Positions 12,901 through 25,761 of a stretch of DNA of 64,000 nucleotides are shown one piece after another (position 1 is the stretch's first letter; the number at the start of each line of letters is the position of its first letter). A model generated the notes under the pieces. It saw only the letters and a list, made by a program, of their open reading frames with translations. It made no database searches and was not told where the DNA came from. This DNA is from Marsupella aquatica. Taxonomy: Eukaryota; Plantae; Marchantiophyta. Location: positions 3,865,455 through 3,929,454 of the forward strand of contig OZ316899.1 in NCBI GenBank assembly GCA_973895155.1. The letters are read 5' to 3'. The position numbers and the translations under genes are program-made.

Positions 12901-15198
12901 CCTCTGGCTTTTGGTTGTTTTGTTATAGTTTTAGAATTAATTATTGCACTGTTGATGATGCAAACATCACAATACCTGAGGATGTATTAAAAACTCCTTC
13001 CACCTGACCTAAGCATGTCGGTAAGCTTAACTATCTCAAAGTATATTAATACAATCTTTTAGGTTTCACAAGCTCTTAACAGGAACGAATTCTGGTTGTT
13101 TAAGAGGAAAGTAGTTCATATTTCTTTAAACCCTACTCTACAAGCTGGATGGATTGCTGTGAGAAATGTTTTCTTTGATGGTGTCCGGTTCCCAGAAAGA
13201 GAACATAGTGATGCATTCCATTTGTCTCAGTCTCTGAGACGTCATACATTGGAGGGAATTCGTGATGGGAAACATTCAGAGCATTACAAGATGTGGGAGA
13301 AATTTCGGAACGCTCCAACATATGTTGAGGCATACAGAGTGGCAGACGAGATTCAAGAGTGGTGGAAATCTTGGAATTGTCATCATGGTAAATTGAGGGC
13401 TTTGCAAGGCTGGATTGCCTGGTGGGTTGTTCGTTGGCGACAATGGGGAAACTACTTCAGACTGGTAAGTGAAGTAAACCACTTGAGTTGGCTAGCGAGG
13501 TCGCTAGCATTCTGGTTAAGTGGGAGTTTATGTTTGGGGCCTTTCATCATGATACACAATCTTATGTTGTTTTTGTATTGGATTTCAGACTCAAACAACA
13601 AAGGAGTCAGCATTGATGCCAAATTGTACTGGAGCGGAATCTGTACATGCGTCAATGAGAGCCTGTCAAATGAAGAGGAAGATCGGATTGTTGGAAGCTT
13701 GTGAATTGGATCAAAATTGAGCTGGTGGACAGATTGCTGCCTTTGCTGCGTACATTGAGGGATGTCACAGGGGACATGGACCAACCATTTTTGAACTTGC
13801 ATATCGGAATGCAGATACTCTTGGATCTCTTGATGCTTTCGAGAAAGCATCAAATCTTTTGCTTGAGTCGTCTCCAAAGTACAATTTCCATCGTACCCAA
13901 CCACTTCACGGGGATCTTTGCACAAAGTCTGGAAAGCGAAAAGGTCCTGCTTCGACAAGAGTTGGTGTTGAAGACTCTCATCGACATGATAGGGTAATGC
14001 AAACCGAGGCAGTGACCAGGGGGTACATCCTAGAAATCTATATTTGGATTTTGGAAGTGTGAAAGTGGTGGAAGATAAGCAAGATGTTTTGGAAACTTCC
14101 GGAATACTCCATCACTCAATGTTGTCTAGAGGTCCAGAAGTTGTTTTGGACCCATTCGTTGTGATCCTTCTTTCTGATAATGAAGAAAATGGCATTGATA
14201 TGTCGATTGATGACACTCAAGAAATTCCAAGGCCGTTGCATGAAGAAGCTGTATCTCCTCTTGGTACAGGGGAACCAATTCATATTCCACCTTGGCAAAT
14301 ACCAGTTGTACATGAAGTAGACATACCATTTGGGACTTGGCACTTCCGGAGGTGTGGAAACGGAAATGGTCCAGTCTGCAATGGGTCTATGGATCGAACC
14401 ATTTCTGGAAGAGACGAGTGTAGGAACTTCATCAAGGAAGTTGGGTATCACAAAAGATCATGCGGTGTTGTTGGGGTTGCCATCCACGGTTTGAGGATCA
14501 CTTCGCCGCACACTCAACTTCTGTACTTCTGTCCAAACAATATCTGTCACAAAACAATGGGTCGCAAGTCAATTTCCCAACTTCCTTTAGTTCCTGAATC
14601 TCTGAAAGTTCATCGAGGGACAGGGTTAACACCTCCTGAAATCAACTTCTTGATTCAGATGGGTTTTCAAATTGAGGGTCTCTACTACATGGACTGCCAA
14701 CCAGATGGCATTGTTTCTCCTCCAAACCGGGTGGAACTTCGCATTGACATGAACTCTTTTCCAGAGAAGGTTGATGTAACCTACCCAAATAGACGAATGA
14801 AGACATGGAATGGAAAAGGTACTCGACAACGTTTCAACTTCACAGGAGAACTCTTGAAAAGTATTCAGGCTGCAAATGACGAACAAATGAGGGTCGTAGC
14901 TTCTGAGAAAGTTGTCCAAGGAAACGGATGGGGATCACAGTTTTTGATTGCTACTCATGAAAACAATCCAAGTAAGTCGAGTAAATATTGGATTCAGTTG
15001 TGCTCTTTTCCTTGTTGTTCCTGTCCAGATTTCTTCAAGCGGCATTCGCATGGAAAACCTTATATGTCTTGCAAACATATTCTTTGGGTTTTTAAGAATG
15101 TTTACCGTTTGAACTTGGATAGTGATGATATTGTTAAGCAGCCTATTTTAACCATAGCTGAAATTTCTGATCTTACTCAACGGGCACTTGAGGTTTGA
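9909..15198 (+). pseudogene. MULE transposase: GCM-like Zn domain, DDE core and C-terminal SWIM finger; spliced and disrupted
   Basis: GCM-like KVRCIGVIQC..C..CGFC..C..HMGFHDHP. Core motifs SFDVMH, GFMADNAEA|GWIAVRNVF (split by the solo LTR) and GAESVHA. SWIM CSCPDF...CKH. Intron GTAAGT at about 13465. Confidence 0.85.
10961..13142. repeat. Solo LTR, 2182 bp
   Basis: TGTAATAG...CTCTACA termini with 5-bp TSD AGCTG (10956-10960 and 13143-13147). No coding capacity. Removing it restores the transposase frame. Confidence 0.88.
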
Positions 15199-15940
15199 GA
15201 TGGACAGGTCCTCTTTGGAAAGAGTTTTGTTTTTAAGTGAGAAGTAAGTTGGATTTTGTTTTAATTAATTTAGATTTCTCGGAGGGTGAGATATTTTGAC
15301 CATGATATCATGACCATAAGGAGTAGAATATTTTGTTTCTAAGTTGTGAGCATAGATATTTCCATTAATAAAGGAATGTTCTTTTCAAGCATATATAAAA
15401 ATACCATATGTTGGTTGTTTTTTTGCTAGCGAGGTCGCTAGCCTTCATTTTTAAAACAGTTCATTTATGGTGTATTATTTGAACAAATGGTGGTTGTTCA
15501 GAAAAACACCCTTGTTGTTTTTCCTTGTGCATACAAAATAGGATGCCTCAATCATATTACATTATTGAATGAGGTGTGATTGTATCAGACTATGAATGGC
15601 GAGGTTATTTTCCCCTCATAAGGTGGTATATCATGTTTGTAGTGGGGTGGTCTTTGTATGATTGCCCAAACCCTAAACCCTAGTTGGAAATGAAAAGTAG
15701 AACTCAAGACCATTAGTAATTTTTGCCTGAATTGTGCTTAGCTTACAGGACCTTCTCTGATAAATCCAACCAAACTGCTCGGCCATTTTTGGCTAGCGAG
15801 GCAAGTTATTACTAGCGGGTTGACATCTGAACATTGTTATGAGAGAAAAGGGCCCATTTTGCCAAAAAAAAACCTTCTTACAGCAAATAAAATCCTGTTA
15901 CGAGCATTTTTTTCCTGTTCCTCGCATGGTAGTCATACCC

Positions 15941-17965
15941 GGATAGCAGGACCAAGGCAGAACCTCAGGTGGGAAGGCTGGCAATTGACACATTTGATGA
16001 CCACTAATACACCATTAATTCACGCTATGGGGCTACACGATCAAGATTATATCCACAATGGGAAGAAGCTAGTGAATCCATTGGATTCTACTTCTAGGAC
16101 TTTGAAGTTAGGATCACAAATGGCAAATTTGAGTCACTTAATACACCTAGAGGAGCTATATGATGTAAGTGAGCATGGTCTGAATAAGGTTGACATAAAA
16201 CGGACTGATAGGCAAAACTGGGCTAGTGCACAACAACTCTGTAGCCGGAAAGTGAGTCAGACACTGAGGGCATTGCGGATGCGCTTGGATGCAAGAATAG
16301 AGCTCACTCTTGGGATAGAGGTTTACACACAAATATGTGCAGATTCTGAATACTAGACTCACTTTGCAAGAGCGGATTGTGTTGTGTGCAAAAGTGGGCT
16401 TCTTTCTAAGGCTTTGGCGTCTGTGGTGTTTCCATGGGAACCATGCAGTGGGGGGAAACACTCAACGGATAACTTTTTCCAAAAATTGCATACCCATGCA
16501 GACTTTCCTTGACATTCAAATGTTTGTTCATTTTGTACTCCTCTTGATAATCCAGTTTAGGGATAATTTCAGACATCTTGCAGTGCCTTTGTACCTGACT
16601 GGGTCAGATGCTTGCGAATAGTTCTTCTCCAAGGTAGGAGGCATGAGGGGGAATGAGCGAAGCTATGACATAGCAGAATTAGTGGATTGTGCTAGAAATC
16701 TGAACCAATTGGTTGCGATGGATCTGGCTGAGGGAATGATGGGGGCTGGGAAGAGCCATAAGAAACACTCAACCATCTGGATGGATCTTCATCCGGTAGC
16801 CAATCATAGGGAGGCAGATCAGATGAATTATACAGGAATCTAGACTAATGCAGAAGTTGTGAATGCTCTACAGGAGGGCTTTGTATTGGCCCAAGGTGCT
16901 GCAATTGAGTTAGAGATGAATCCCTCCACATCTTGCAGGGACCAGGTCTGGTGGAAAACTCCCTGGAAGCAAAAGGGGTAAAGTTTGGTGGATGGTGTGA
17001 TATCAATGTGGATACTTTGGTATCTTCTTTGGATGATTCTTTGGGTCCACGATTGAGTGTAGTGGTTGCAAATGAAGGTGAATCATCAGTTGCTGTTGTG
17101 AACAAGGGTGTAGTAGTTGCACAGGAAGGTGCATTACCTTTTGCTCCTATGGAAGAGGAGGCTATTCTTGACGTCTTTACTGGTGAGGACATAGAGGTGG
17201 CGTGTGCTCAGGTGTCCGCTACTATGAACATTTTGCATTCTGACTTGCTGTATGGGGCAGCAAGAAAGGATGTGAAACCAACTATAAGTTACCAAGATCG
17301 ACACATCTACAAGAGCACATTGGTTAGTGAGTTAGTTGGGAACCCTCATCTTAGTAAGGATTGCTTGACCCGTGTACGACAGAGTATTTACTTCAACAAT
17401 TTAGTGGACAAACGAAACATTCGGGAAGGTGTTCAAACTATGTTCATGACAGTAGACAGTGACTGTGGAGTGTTTTTTCTTGATGAAAGTGAGCAAGTGA
17501 CTAGGACCACCAAGAACACAGTGGCATTATCATGAGGTAATAAAGGGAAGGGAAAGGAGAGAGGTTGGTAGAGCCAAGCAGTCAAACATCAAAGAGGCCA
17601 AGAGGAGAACCTGTACAGGTTTCTTCTATTTTCGGGGGAAAGTATGTTTGGTGGATTGGGAGAGTGCAAAGCATCCATAGAAAATATGGGAATCATTTAG
17701 CCAGGTCTAGGGAAGCATTAGATTTGCTTGATAGGCCTAGTGCCAAAGACTGTTGTCAAGTGGTTTTCAATTCATTTGGTTTACTCCGATTGGGAGCAAT
17801 AAGCACAAATTCGCCTACAATATGGTAGATCCACAGTCCATTGACCTGGATTGTGTGATATCAACAGTGAATTTTACAGTTGATCCACTGTACCCAACAG
17901 TCTTCAAGTTGCATCCAGATGATGTAACTACTCTGGACAATTTTGTCACAAACAAGATTGTGTAA
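15941..17965 (+). pseudogene. Degenerate P-element-like (THAP9-type) transposase; 5' part displaced by MULE-1
   Basis: DYIHNGKKLVNPL (D.PH..K..RN-like), DRQNWASAQQLCSRKV (insertion-domain-like) and GSDACE*FFSKVGG (QD..E..FS-like) occur in the expected order. Several frameshifts; downstream segments (16845-17965) are less certain. Confidence 0.55.
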
Positions 17966-18841
17966 TTTTGATCATTAGGGTAAGGCTACACCAAAGTGTA
18001 TATCATCTGATGGTTACATACTTAGTGTGCGCTTGCTACAACTTTCTATTGGTAGGATACCTGGTTTTAAATGTAGTTTGACTAGTATATATTGTGATTG
18101 TACTCGTAATTCAAACTCTGATATTCCTACTGCTATTGATATGTGCTTCCTTGGTCTATTGTTGGATCAGTTTGATTTGCTTGCTAGAATGGCTTCTAAC
18201 AGGTACATGATTGCTACTTGCAATAATCGCTTGGAGCCTGTGGTCAGGCCTGTGGATTCAATTCTAAGTCAAGTGGCAACAACAAAGGATCCTGAATTGC
18301 ATAGGATCGATGATTAAGCAAAATGGAGCTACATGGAGAATGACATGCAGATGGACGTGCAGACAAATGGATCCTGTTGGCTTCTTCTTAGCCCAATTGG
18401 GAGTCCAATTCATGGGTGTGGAGGCCCCAGTGGAGACGAGACTAGAGGGGTTCTTTGAAATTGTTCCTGGTTTGGATTCCAATTTCATGACTAGTGTTGT
18501 ACCAACACACTTCCTGCAACAAATATTTTGTCGAGCTGGATTGCCTCTTGGGTGGCCTGCAATCTGCTGTCCTACAAAGTCACCTACAAATGATGATGAG
18601 GATGGGGATGAGGATGATTTTGATGAGATTCTGTTCAATTTGTTTGATGATAGTTCTGTAGCCCGTTCTGTAGTTGGGGGACACCCACTGGATACTTTAG
18701 TGTCCCAAGTGAGTCCTTCTATTAGTACCTACACCTGCACCTAGATTAGTTGTATCTTAGCTTGATTTTCTGGTTTTTAATCCGGTTTAATAGTCTTTCC
18801 AAGCCAATGTAGTGTGCAGGCCCTATGCAGGTTGTGCCCAT

Positions 18842-19173
18842 TGTCACACCATTTAGAGTGGTAGTAAAGTATATCGTACTATCTAGGATATAGAGGTTTT
18901 GTATGTGTGCTATATGAGCACTTTGTGTTTAGTTTGAGTTGGTGTGAGGGATAGTTATCCCCTTGTGTTGGCTCAAAGGCCTCATCTTTCAATGTTGAGC
19001 CTTTGAGCATGAGCTTGGTGGCTATGGTATGGCTAACCAGGTTGTGTGCATGTAACGTGGATTCCTTGAAGCACAAGGTGCATTGGGCTTGACATATATG
19101 TGTGATCGTGTCGGACGGGATCGTTGTTGGATTAGCATTGATCGTTGTTCGATTTCATCCAGAAAAGATTACA
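18842..19173 (+). repeat. Left LTR-B (332 bp)
   Basis: TGTCACACC...GATTACA. Near-identical copy at 34187-34509 lacks 7 internal bases and the terminal CA. Confidence 0.85.
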
Positions 19174-19503
19174 TTGAAAGATCACTGCAGGTTGATTCAA
19201 AGTTGTTTCGAAGCTTGCTGTATTGCAGAGTTGATCCATGGTAGCTTGGATTGTTGAGATCTTGCTGGTTGACTTGTGGTAGCTCAAGTCAGATCAGCCG
19301 TTGGTAGATTGGAGATTGTGAGCTATTGATTGCTCTGAGAGTACAGCGTGGTGCTGTTTGAAGCTCTCTAATAGTTTGTTCATTGAAGTTCTCTCTGGAG
19401 TTGATTACCGGATTGACATTTGGAGCTTCTCGAAGCTATGGCAATGAGGGACTGATTGAAGATCAGAAGGCGCCTCAAGTGGTAGTTGCTACATTGTGTT
19501 TTT

Positions 19504-22500
19504 TATTCAGAGACATAGACATCGTGCGCCAACAAACTCACTACCTTCTATTTCACTTGGGAGTATGGGGGCTCCCTATTTAGTACAAGGTGTGGTGGTT
19601 ATGTAACCACCTCTTATCCCTATTCACTAGGGTAAGTCTAGTTTACTGGGGTTAGGTTTATCACTTATAACACTCCCCCTTGGTTGGGTGATGAGTGTGT
19701 TACAGCCAACCATGTGATGGGAAAAACTAACCCTGTGGTCTATAGTCTGGCCCAATGTAGTATGGTCTCATTAAAACCATGCTTCCTTCATGGAAAGAGT
19801 GCCACTACTATAATATGGGTTGGGGTCCAGTTATTGACTGTAAGTCCTTTGAGTGTGCAAAAGGGAAATTAAAGGGTGTAATCTCTATGTATGTGTTTGT
19901 TAGTGTGTCTAAAGACTCGTGGTCTGTCTTTATGTTTAAGGAGCTGTTTGCGCTTATACCCTAATCCTGCGGGCCACGGGGTGGACGCCTCCTAGTCGTC
20001 AGTCTATTGCTTTGGTGGGCGGCTGACGTCGTTTGAATCTTCGTTTGTTCGGTAGTCGGTGTGGCCATGTCGGGAGGTCGTCGTTTGTGTGTTGAGATTG
20101 GTCAAGTCTCATCGGTTCTGCGTGATTCTCGATGGTTCGGGGTGGCGGATTGGGGTTAGCCTGTGGTGTTAGAGCTCCCGTTGTATCGGTTTGATTGGCA
20201 GTAATAGGTATGCAGTTTGGGTAAGTTCCTCAATGGCCTGCGTTATTCTTGTCCTTGTAAAAGTGATGCCATACTGCGCAGTCCTATCCCGTGGGCGTGT
20301 TCGCGGTGTAGCGCTGGTGGGAGTGGTTTGGTGAATAAGTCCGCGCGGTTGTCCTTACTTGGAATCCATTGTACTTGGACCTGTTCGCCATGCTGTTCAT
20401 GAGTGAAAAAGAATTTGGGTGCTATGTGTTTGATTCTATCCCATTTAATGAATCCCTGGACTATCTGCTCCACACAGGGTCGGTTGTCTTCGTATATAGT
20501 TGTTGGTTTGTTTAGCTGCGATCTTCCTGTATGCAGGTGTATGTGGTTTATCAGGTTTCTCAGCCAGATGCTTTCCCTGGTGGCCTCGTATAGTGCTATT
20601 ATCTCGGCGTGATTTGAGGAGGTCGCTATGAGTGATTGTTTGCTGCTTTTCCAAAAGATCGCCGTGCCACCTTGTAGGAAGACGTATCCCGTTTGGGATT
20701 TTGCATCGTCTGGGTCTGAGAGGTAGCCCGCGTCTGCATAGCCGGTCAGTATGTTTTCTGAGTTCTTGGGGAAGAATAGCCCCATGTCCGTTGTGCCGCG
20801 CAGGTATTGAAATACCCTTTTTACTCCGTTCCAATGTCGGATTGTGGGGTTGGAGCTATGGCGAGCGAGTAGATTGACGGCGAAAGCGATGTAGGGGCGT
20901 GACTGTGTCGCCAGGTACATCAGGGCCCCGATGGCTGAGAGGTATGGCTTCTCGGGGCCAAGAACCTCCTCTGTCTCTGCCCGTTTTTTAAATGTGTCCC
21001 TTGTGGGGTCTGAGGATCTCAGGTCCATGGGGGTGCTGACCGGGTGGGCGGATGCCATGTTGAATTTCCGTAGCGCCTTTTCGGTATAAGTTGATTGGTT
21101 GATCAGGATGCCCTATTGCAAGTAGTTGAATTGTAACCCCAGGCAGTAGCTCGGCTTCCCGATATCCCTCATCTCGAATGTCTTCTTCAGGATTTTGATT
21201 GTCTTGTGCATTATCGTTACTGTGCCGAAGATGTTTATGTCATCTACATAAATTGCGATGATAACGAATTCATGTGCCTCCTGTTTGAGGAACAAGCAAG
21301 GGGCAATGTCGTCAGTATTGAAGTTCAGTGCAAGCATTTCAACTTTGAATCGTTTGTACCAGGTGCGTTCGCTCTGTTTTAATCCGTACATTGAGCGTAG
21401 GACTTGGACTGCAAGTTCTTTCTTGACTCATTTCGGCTGTGTAGCAGCGGTGTTTGGTAGGAGGAGCGTTCGTTTCCTGCGGTCAGATGTGTGAAGCACA
21501 TCCTTTGGTGTCGGTACTGCAGGTCCGAGCTCGCTCGTCGTTTTGTCCAAATCGCCTGTAGGGCCAGTTTGGGTTATGCCCGGTTGTAGACCGCGGTCTG
21601 CGGTACCGTTCTTCTCCCCCTCAATGTGGAACCTTATTCTTTTGATCAGTTCCGGGGGTGCCTTCATGTATATTGTGGTATCTAGGATACCATACAGATA
21701 GGCTGTGATCACGTCTAGCGTGTACATGACGAGCTTGTGCAGGAGTGTAAATGCAATGAGGTACCGGTATGTTATGGAATCCATCACCGGTGAGTATGTT
21801 TGATCGAAGTCCCGGCCGGGGATTTGGGTGTAGCCCTTCGCTACCAAGCGAGCTTTGTATCTGATGACCTCTCCTTTTGCATTTCGTTTCCTCAAGAAAG
21901 TGAACTTATATCCCGTAAGGTGTGTCCTTGCAGGTGCGGGGATTACGGGTCCGAAGACGTTTCGTTTTATCAGGGAGTCTAATTCAGAGTTTATGGCCAG
22001 CTCCCATTGATGCCAGTCTGGTCGAGATTGAGCCTCTGCTACTGTAATGGGGTCAAGGGTTTCGTTGGTTATCTCCTCAGAGATATGGAATGCGAAGTGG
22101 TCGTTGATTTGTGTTTTATTTCGCTGTAGCATCTGTCCGGTGTGTGTGTAGCTGATTGTTATTTCCTTGTTTGCTGTATCCCTTGGAGGGGGTGATCTTC
22201 GTGCAGGGGTGGTCGTTGTTGCTGGTGATGCGCTGCGTGGTGGTCGCGGGTATGTATCCTTAGAGCTCGGGGGTCATCCCCGTTTTGCCTTTGGTGCGGT
22301 TGCCGTTGCCGGTGGGGCTGTTCGTGAGATTCTTACGGGTATATTTGCTGCCTTCGTGTGTGACCGTGTGACTGCAGCTGCATCGTTGAATGAGTCGGGT
22401 AAGTTCGTGAGCATTTTCTGTAAATGGAGGACCCTCTGTACTCCTTGGTCTGCTTCTCTGGTCCGGTGGTCATCAGTGATTGGGTTCGTGGGCAGCCATT

Positions 22501-25500
22501 GTAGTTCATGTGCTTTGACATGTCTGCTTCTAGCAGTGTTTTCGGCGAGGGTTGGGAATTCTTCTTTGAAGAATTGGCAGTCTTGGAACCTTGCTTTGAA
22601 TACGTCTGTTGTCGTGGGTTCCAGGTACCTGATGATAGAGCGTGAGTCTAGTCCCACGTAGATGCCTCGTTGTCTCTGGGGTCCCATTTTGGTCCGTTTG
22701 GGGCCTAGTATTGGGACCAGGACCAGGCATCCGAATGTTTGGAGATGGGTGATGTCCTGTGGCATCCCGTATGCCAAGAAGTGAGGGGTCTGGGTATTGA
22801 AGGAGGATGGCCTTATTCTTAGGAGGGCGGCAGCGTGCAGGACCGCATGGCCCCATGCTGAGGCTGGTAAGTTGGATTGCATTAGTAGTGGCCTGGCCAC
22901 CATCTGTATGCGTTTTATCACCGATTCAGCGATACCATTCTGGAAGTGGACGTGTGGGACCGGGTATTCGGTGTCTATCCCTGTAGTCTCACAGAAGTCG
23001 TCAAACGTTTTTGAGGTAAACTCCCCGCATTGTCGACTCTGATGGTTTTGATTGGATTCTCTGGGAATTGGTGTTTGAGTTTCAGTATGTGAGATAGGAT
23101 TCTGGTGAAGACCAGGTTCCGTGTGGAGAGCAAGGAGACCTGTGACCATTTGGTGGAGGCGTCTATAATGACCATGAAGTATCGAAATGGGCCGGAGGGT
23201 GGTTCGATTGGCCCGCAGACATCTGCTTGTATCCTCTCTAAAAATTGTGGGATCTTGTGTATGGTTTTTGATGGTGCAGGCCGAGTCACCATCTTTCCCT
23301 GTGAACAAGCGATGCAGGGTCTATTCGAGGCTGAGAGGCGAACTCCATGGGGTATCCCCACCGTGGTCTTCAGTATGTTATGGTACATATTGGTGCCGGG
23401 GTGACCAAGGCGATTATGCCAGGTTTGAGTTAAGTTGAGGGTGGGGTGTTCTGTGTGGTAAGAGTGTATTCTGGTGATGTATAAGCCAGGGGGGTAAATC
23501 GGTAAGATCTCTCGTACTCCTCCCCCTGGTTTTGTGTTGTCTAGTATCTGCAGCACTTCCCTATTGTTGTGGGTGTCTGTGTGGATGTGTAGATTATTTG
23601 CGCGGATATCGTTGAAGCTGATTAGGTTCCTTGTGGCACTTGGTGCGTAGATTGCTGAATCGATGTAGATTGTAGTCCCTTTTGGAAAATTGACTCTGGC
23701 CGGGCCGTAGCCTTCCTCTATGTGGTTAGGTCCTGTTATCGTTGTCATGGATCTGTTGGATGGTGTGATTCGGAGGAAATAATGTGCTCGTAGTATTGAG
23801 TGAGATGTTCCGCTGTCCACAATGCAGTTACTCTGGTCATTTGGTGGTGTTGAGGTGAAGCCTAGTTGGGCGGTGTGGACCTCGGGTACTGCTGGGTCTA
23901 ATTTGTAGCCCTCAATGTCGTCTAGGGCCTCCATGTAATTCCCCTGTGTTCTGTTGGTGGGTTGTTCCCGGCTCTGCTTGTAGAGTGTGACCAGGTGTGC
24001 GGGTGCCCGACAGTCTCTTTGTAGGTGTCCCTTTGTTCCGCACCTGAAACATTCAATGGGGTTATTTTCTTCTCGGTTCCAATTGTAATGTCCCCCGGCG
24101 TGGCGCCCCCCTCGGCCTCTTCCTCTGAGTCCGCCTCCTCTTCCTCTGTATCCGCCTCTTCTGTTAAAGTTTCCAAATGTTTGGTCTTCTCTATTGGGTT
24201 GGTCGTTGCCTCTACCGCCTTGTTGGTATCTACCCCTACCGGGGTTTCTGCCTCTTCTCCCTCTGAAGTTTCCGTTTCCTCTCCCTCTGGGCCTGACGTT
24301 CTGGCGATTGAAGTTGGCTTCTGGTCTTGGTGGTGGTGCAGCGGCCCCTGGTGGGCGGGATTTGGAATTCTCCAGGAGGAGTAATTGGTGTTTTTCGGCA
24401 AGAAGCATATATGTGATCAGTTCGGAATATTTAGTGAAGCCCATATTTCTGTACTGCGATGCCAAGAGTAAGTTTCCTGCGTTGAACGTTGAAAGGGTGC
24501 GCTCTATCATTTCATCATCGTTGATGGGGTGGCCGCAGACTGCCAGTTGTGAGGTGATCCAGAATAGTTTGCCATTGTAGCTGGCGATTGAGGTGTGATC
24601 TTGGACCCTTAGGTTGATCCAGTCGTGGCGGGCCGCTGGCAGGGAGACAAGCCGCATGTGGTCAAACCGTAATCTCAGATCTTCCCAGAGTATTATGGGA
24701 TTATATTGGTTGAGATACTGGGTCTTGAGTGGCTCAGCCAAGTGATGTCGAATGAATATTAGCGCTCTTGCCTTCTGTTGTAGTGTGAGGCCTGCATCGG
24801 TTAGGATTGCGTCTTGCAGATCTTTGGATGCGAGATAGGCCTCAATGTCAAGTGACCATGTTAAATAATTTGCGCCATCTATGGCTAATGCCTTAAATTG
24901 TAATTTCTCAATCATATTCATTGTTCAATCGAAGTATTGTATCTTCAGTAATCGGGAGTCTCAATAAATGGAAATTGCTTGAGTTGTCCACGACGTATCT
25001 TGTTTGAAATTGTGTAATCGTGGGGGATGGGGTGGGAACTTCCCTGGTATTGTTCCGTGTGGGGCCGTTCTTGCTGGTCCGTTTGCCTTGTATCGACCTT
25101 CCTCTTGTCTGCTCCGATCTTTCGCGGGCCGTCCTCTCCAGATGTTTGGTAATTTTTTGTGGAGAAGATTGCGTTCGGGGAGGAGGGCTATTGTTGGAAT
25201 CCTCGAAAAAAAACTGAAAATCCTTAGACGTTTTTGTCTTCCGTGGGTTGGTTTGGAGATTTTCCAAACAAAATTTTGCTCGAGCTGATGTGTAAGGAGA
25301 AAAAAAATTTGCTCAGATCAAGAGTCGTGCTGATAACGTATTCAGAGACATAGACATCGTGCTCCAACAAACTCACTACCTTCTATTTCATTTGGGAGTT
25401 TGGGGGCTCCCTATATAGTACAAGGTGTGGTGGTTATGTAACCACCTCTTATCCCTATTCACTAGGGTAAGTCTAGTTTACTGGGGTTAGGTTTATCACT

Positions 25501-25507
25501 TATAACA
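19504..25507 (-). mobile_element. Copia-1, Bianca-lineage Ty1/copia, full length
   Basis: 169-bp LTRs at 19504-19672 and 25339-25507 with 4 differences, TG...TA ends, TSD TTTTT, PBS CGTTATCAGCACG and PPT AGGGGGAG. Confidence 0.95.
20243..24921 (-). pseudogene. Copia-1 gag-pol (gag, CCHC, PR, INT, RT, RNase H), frameshifted
   Basis: Bianca-type gag DGANYLTWSLD...FIRHHL. Other motifs: CFRCGTKGHLQRDC, IVDSGTSH, WHNRLGHPG, RIQADVCGP, YKARLVAKG, YVDDIN, GYADAGY and IYEDN. Confidence 0.95.
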
Positions 25508-25761
25508 TTTTTGGAGTTCTAGTCCTTATCGATTGCGTTGCAGCATCGCAAAGGCTATTGCGGATTTGAGTTTTGTTGATGGATAGTATACTTTTACGAA
25601 GAAAGTGACAATCAAATGTTGGTGAATTGCGTTGTCGGTGTCACAATGGAGTCCACGTTGCGACGAGGTGCGGCGGCGACCTAGGGCACAAGGAAAACGA
25701 CAATATTGTTGAACAGTGTTTTGGTCCGAGAATTGCGGTGTGTTTTGTGGCGCGCCTTGTT

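Larger units (their letters stand above)
9909..15940 (+). mobile_element. MULE-1: partial GCM-MULE-SWIM DNA transposon; left part absent, interrupted by a solo LTR
   Basis: Transposase is homologous throughout to MULE-2. The right terminus ...TTTCCTGTTCCTCGCATGGTAGTCATACCC ends at 15940 and matches the corresponding MULE-2 terminus (GGGTATG at 34891). Confidence 0.85.

Noticed and set aside
15820-15940. N-terminus of the 178-aa ORF 15820-16356 as real protein
   Set aside because: This part is read-through of the MULE-1 terminal repeat; transposase-like sequence starts only after 15940.
18879-19076. Identical short minus-strand ORFs at 18879-19076 and 34224-34433 (also 34050-34238 and 34440-34733) as duplicated genes
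   Set aside because: They are translations of the LTR-B and LTR-A repeats.
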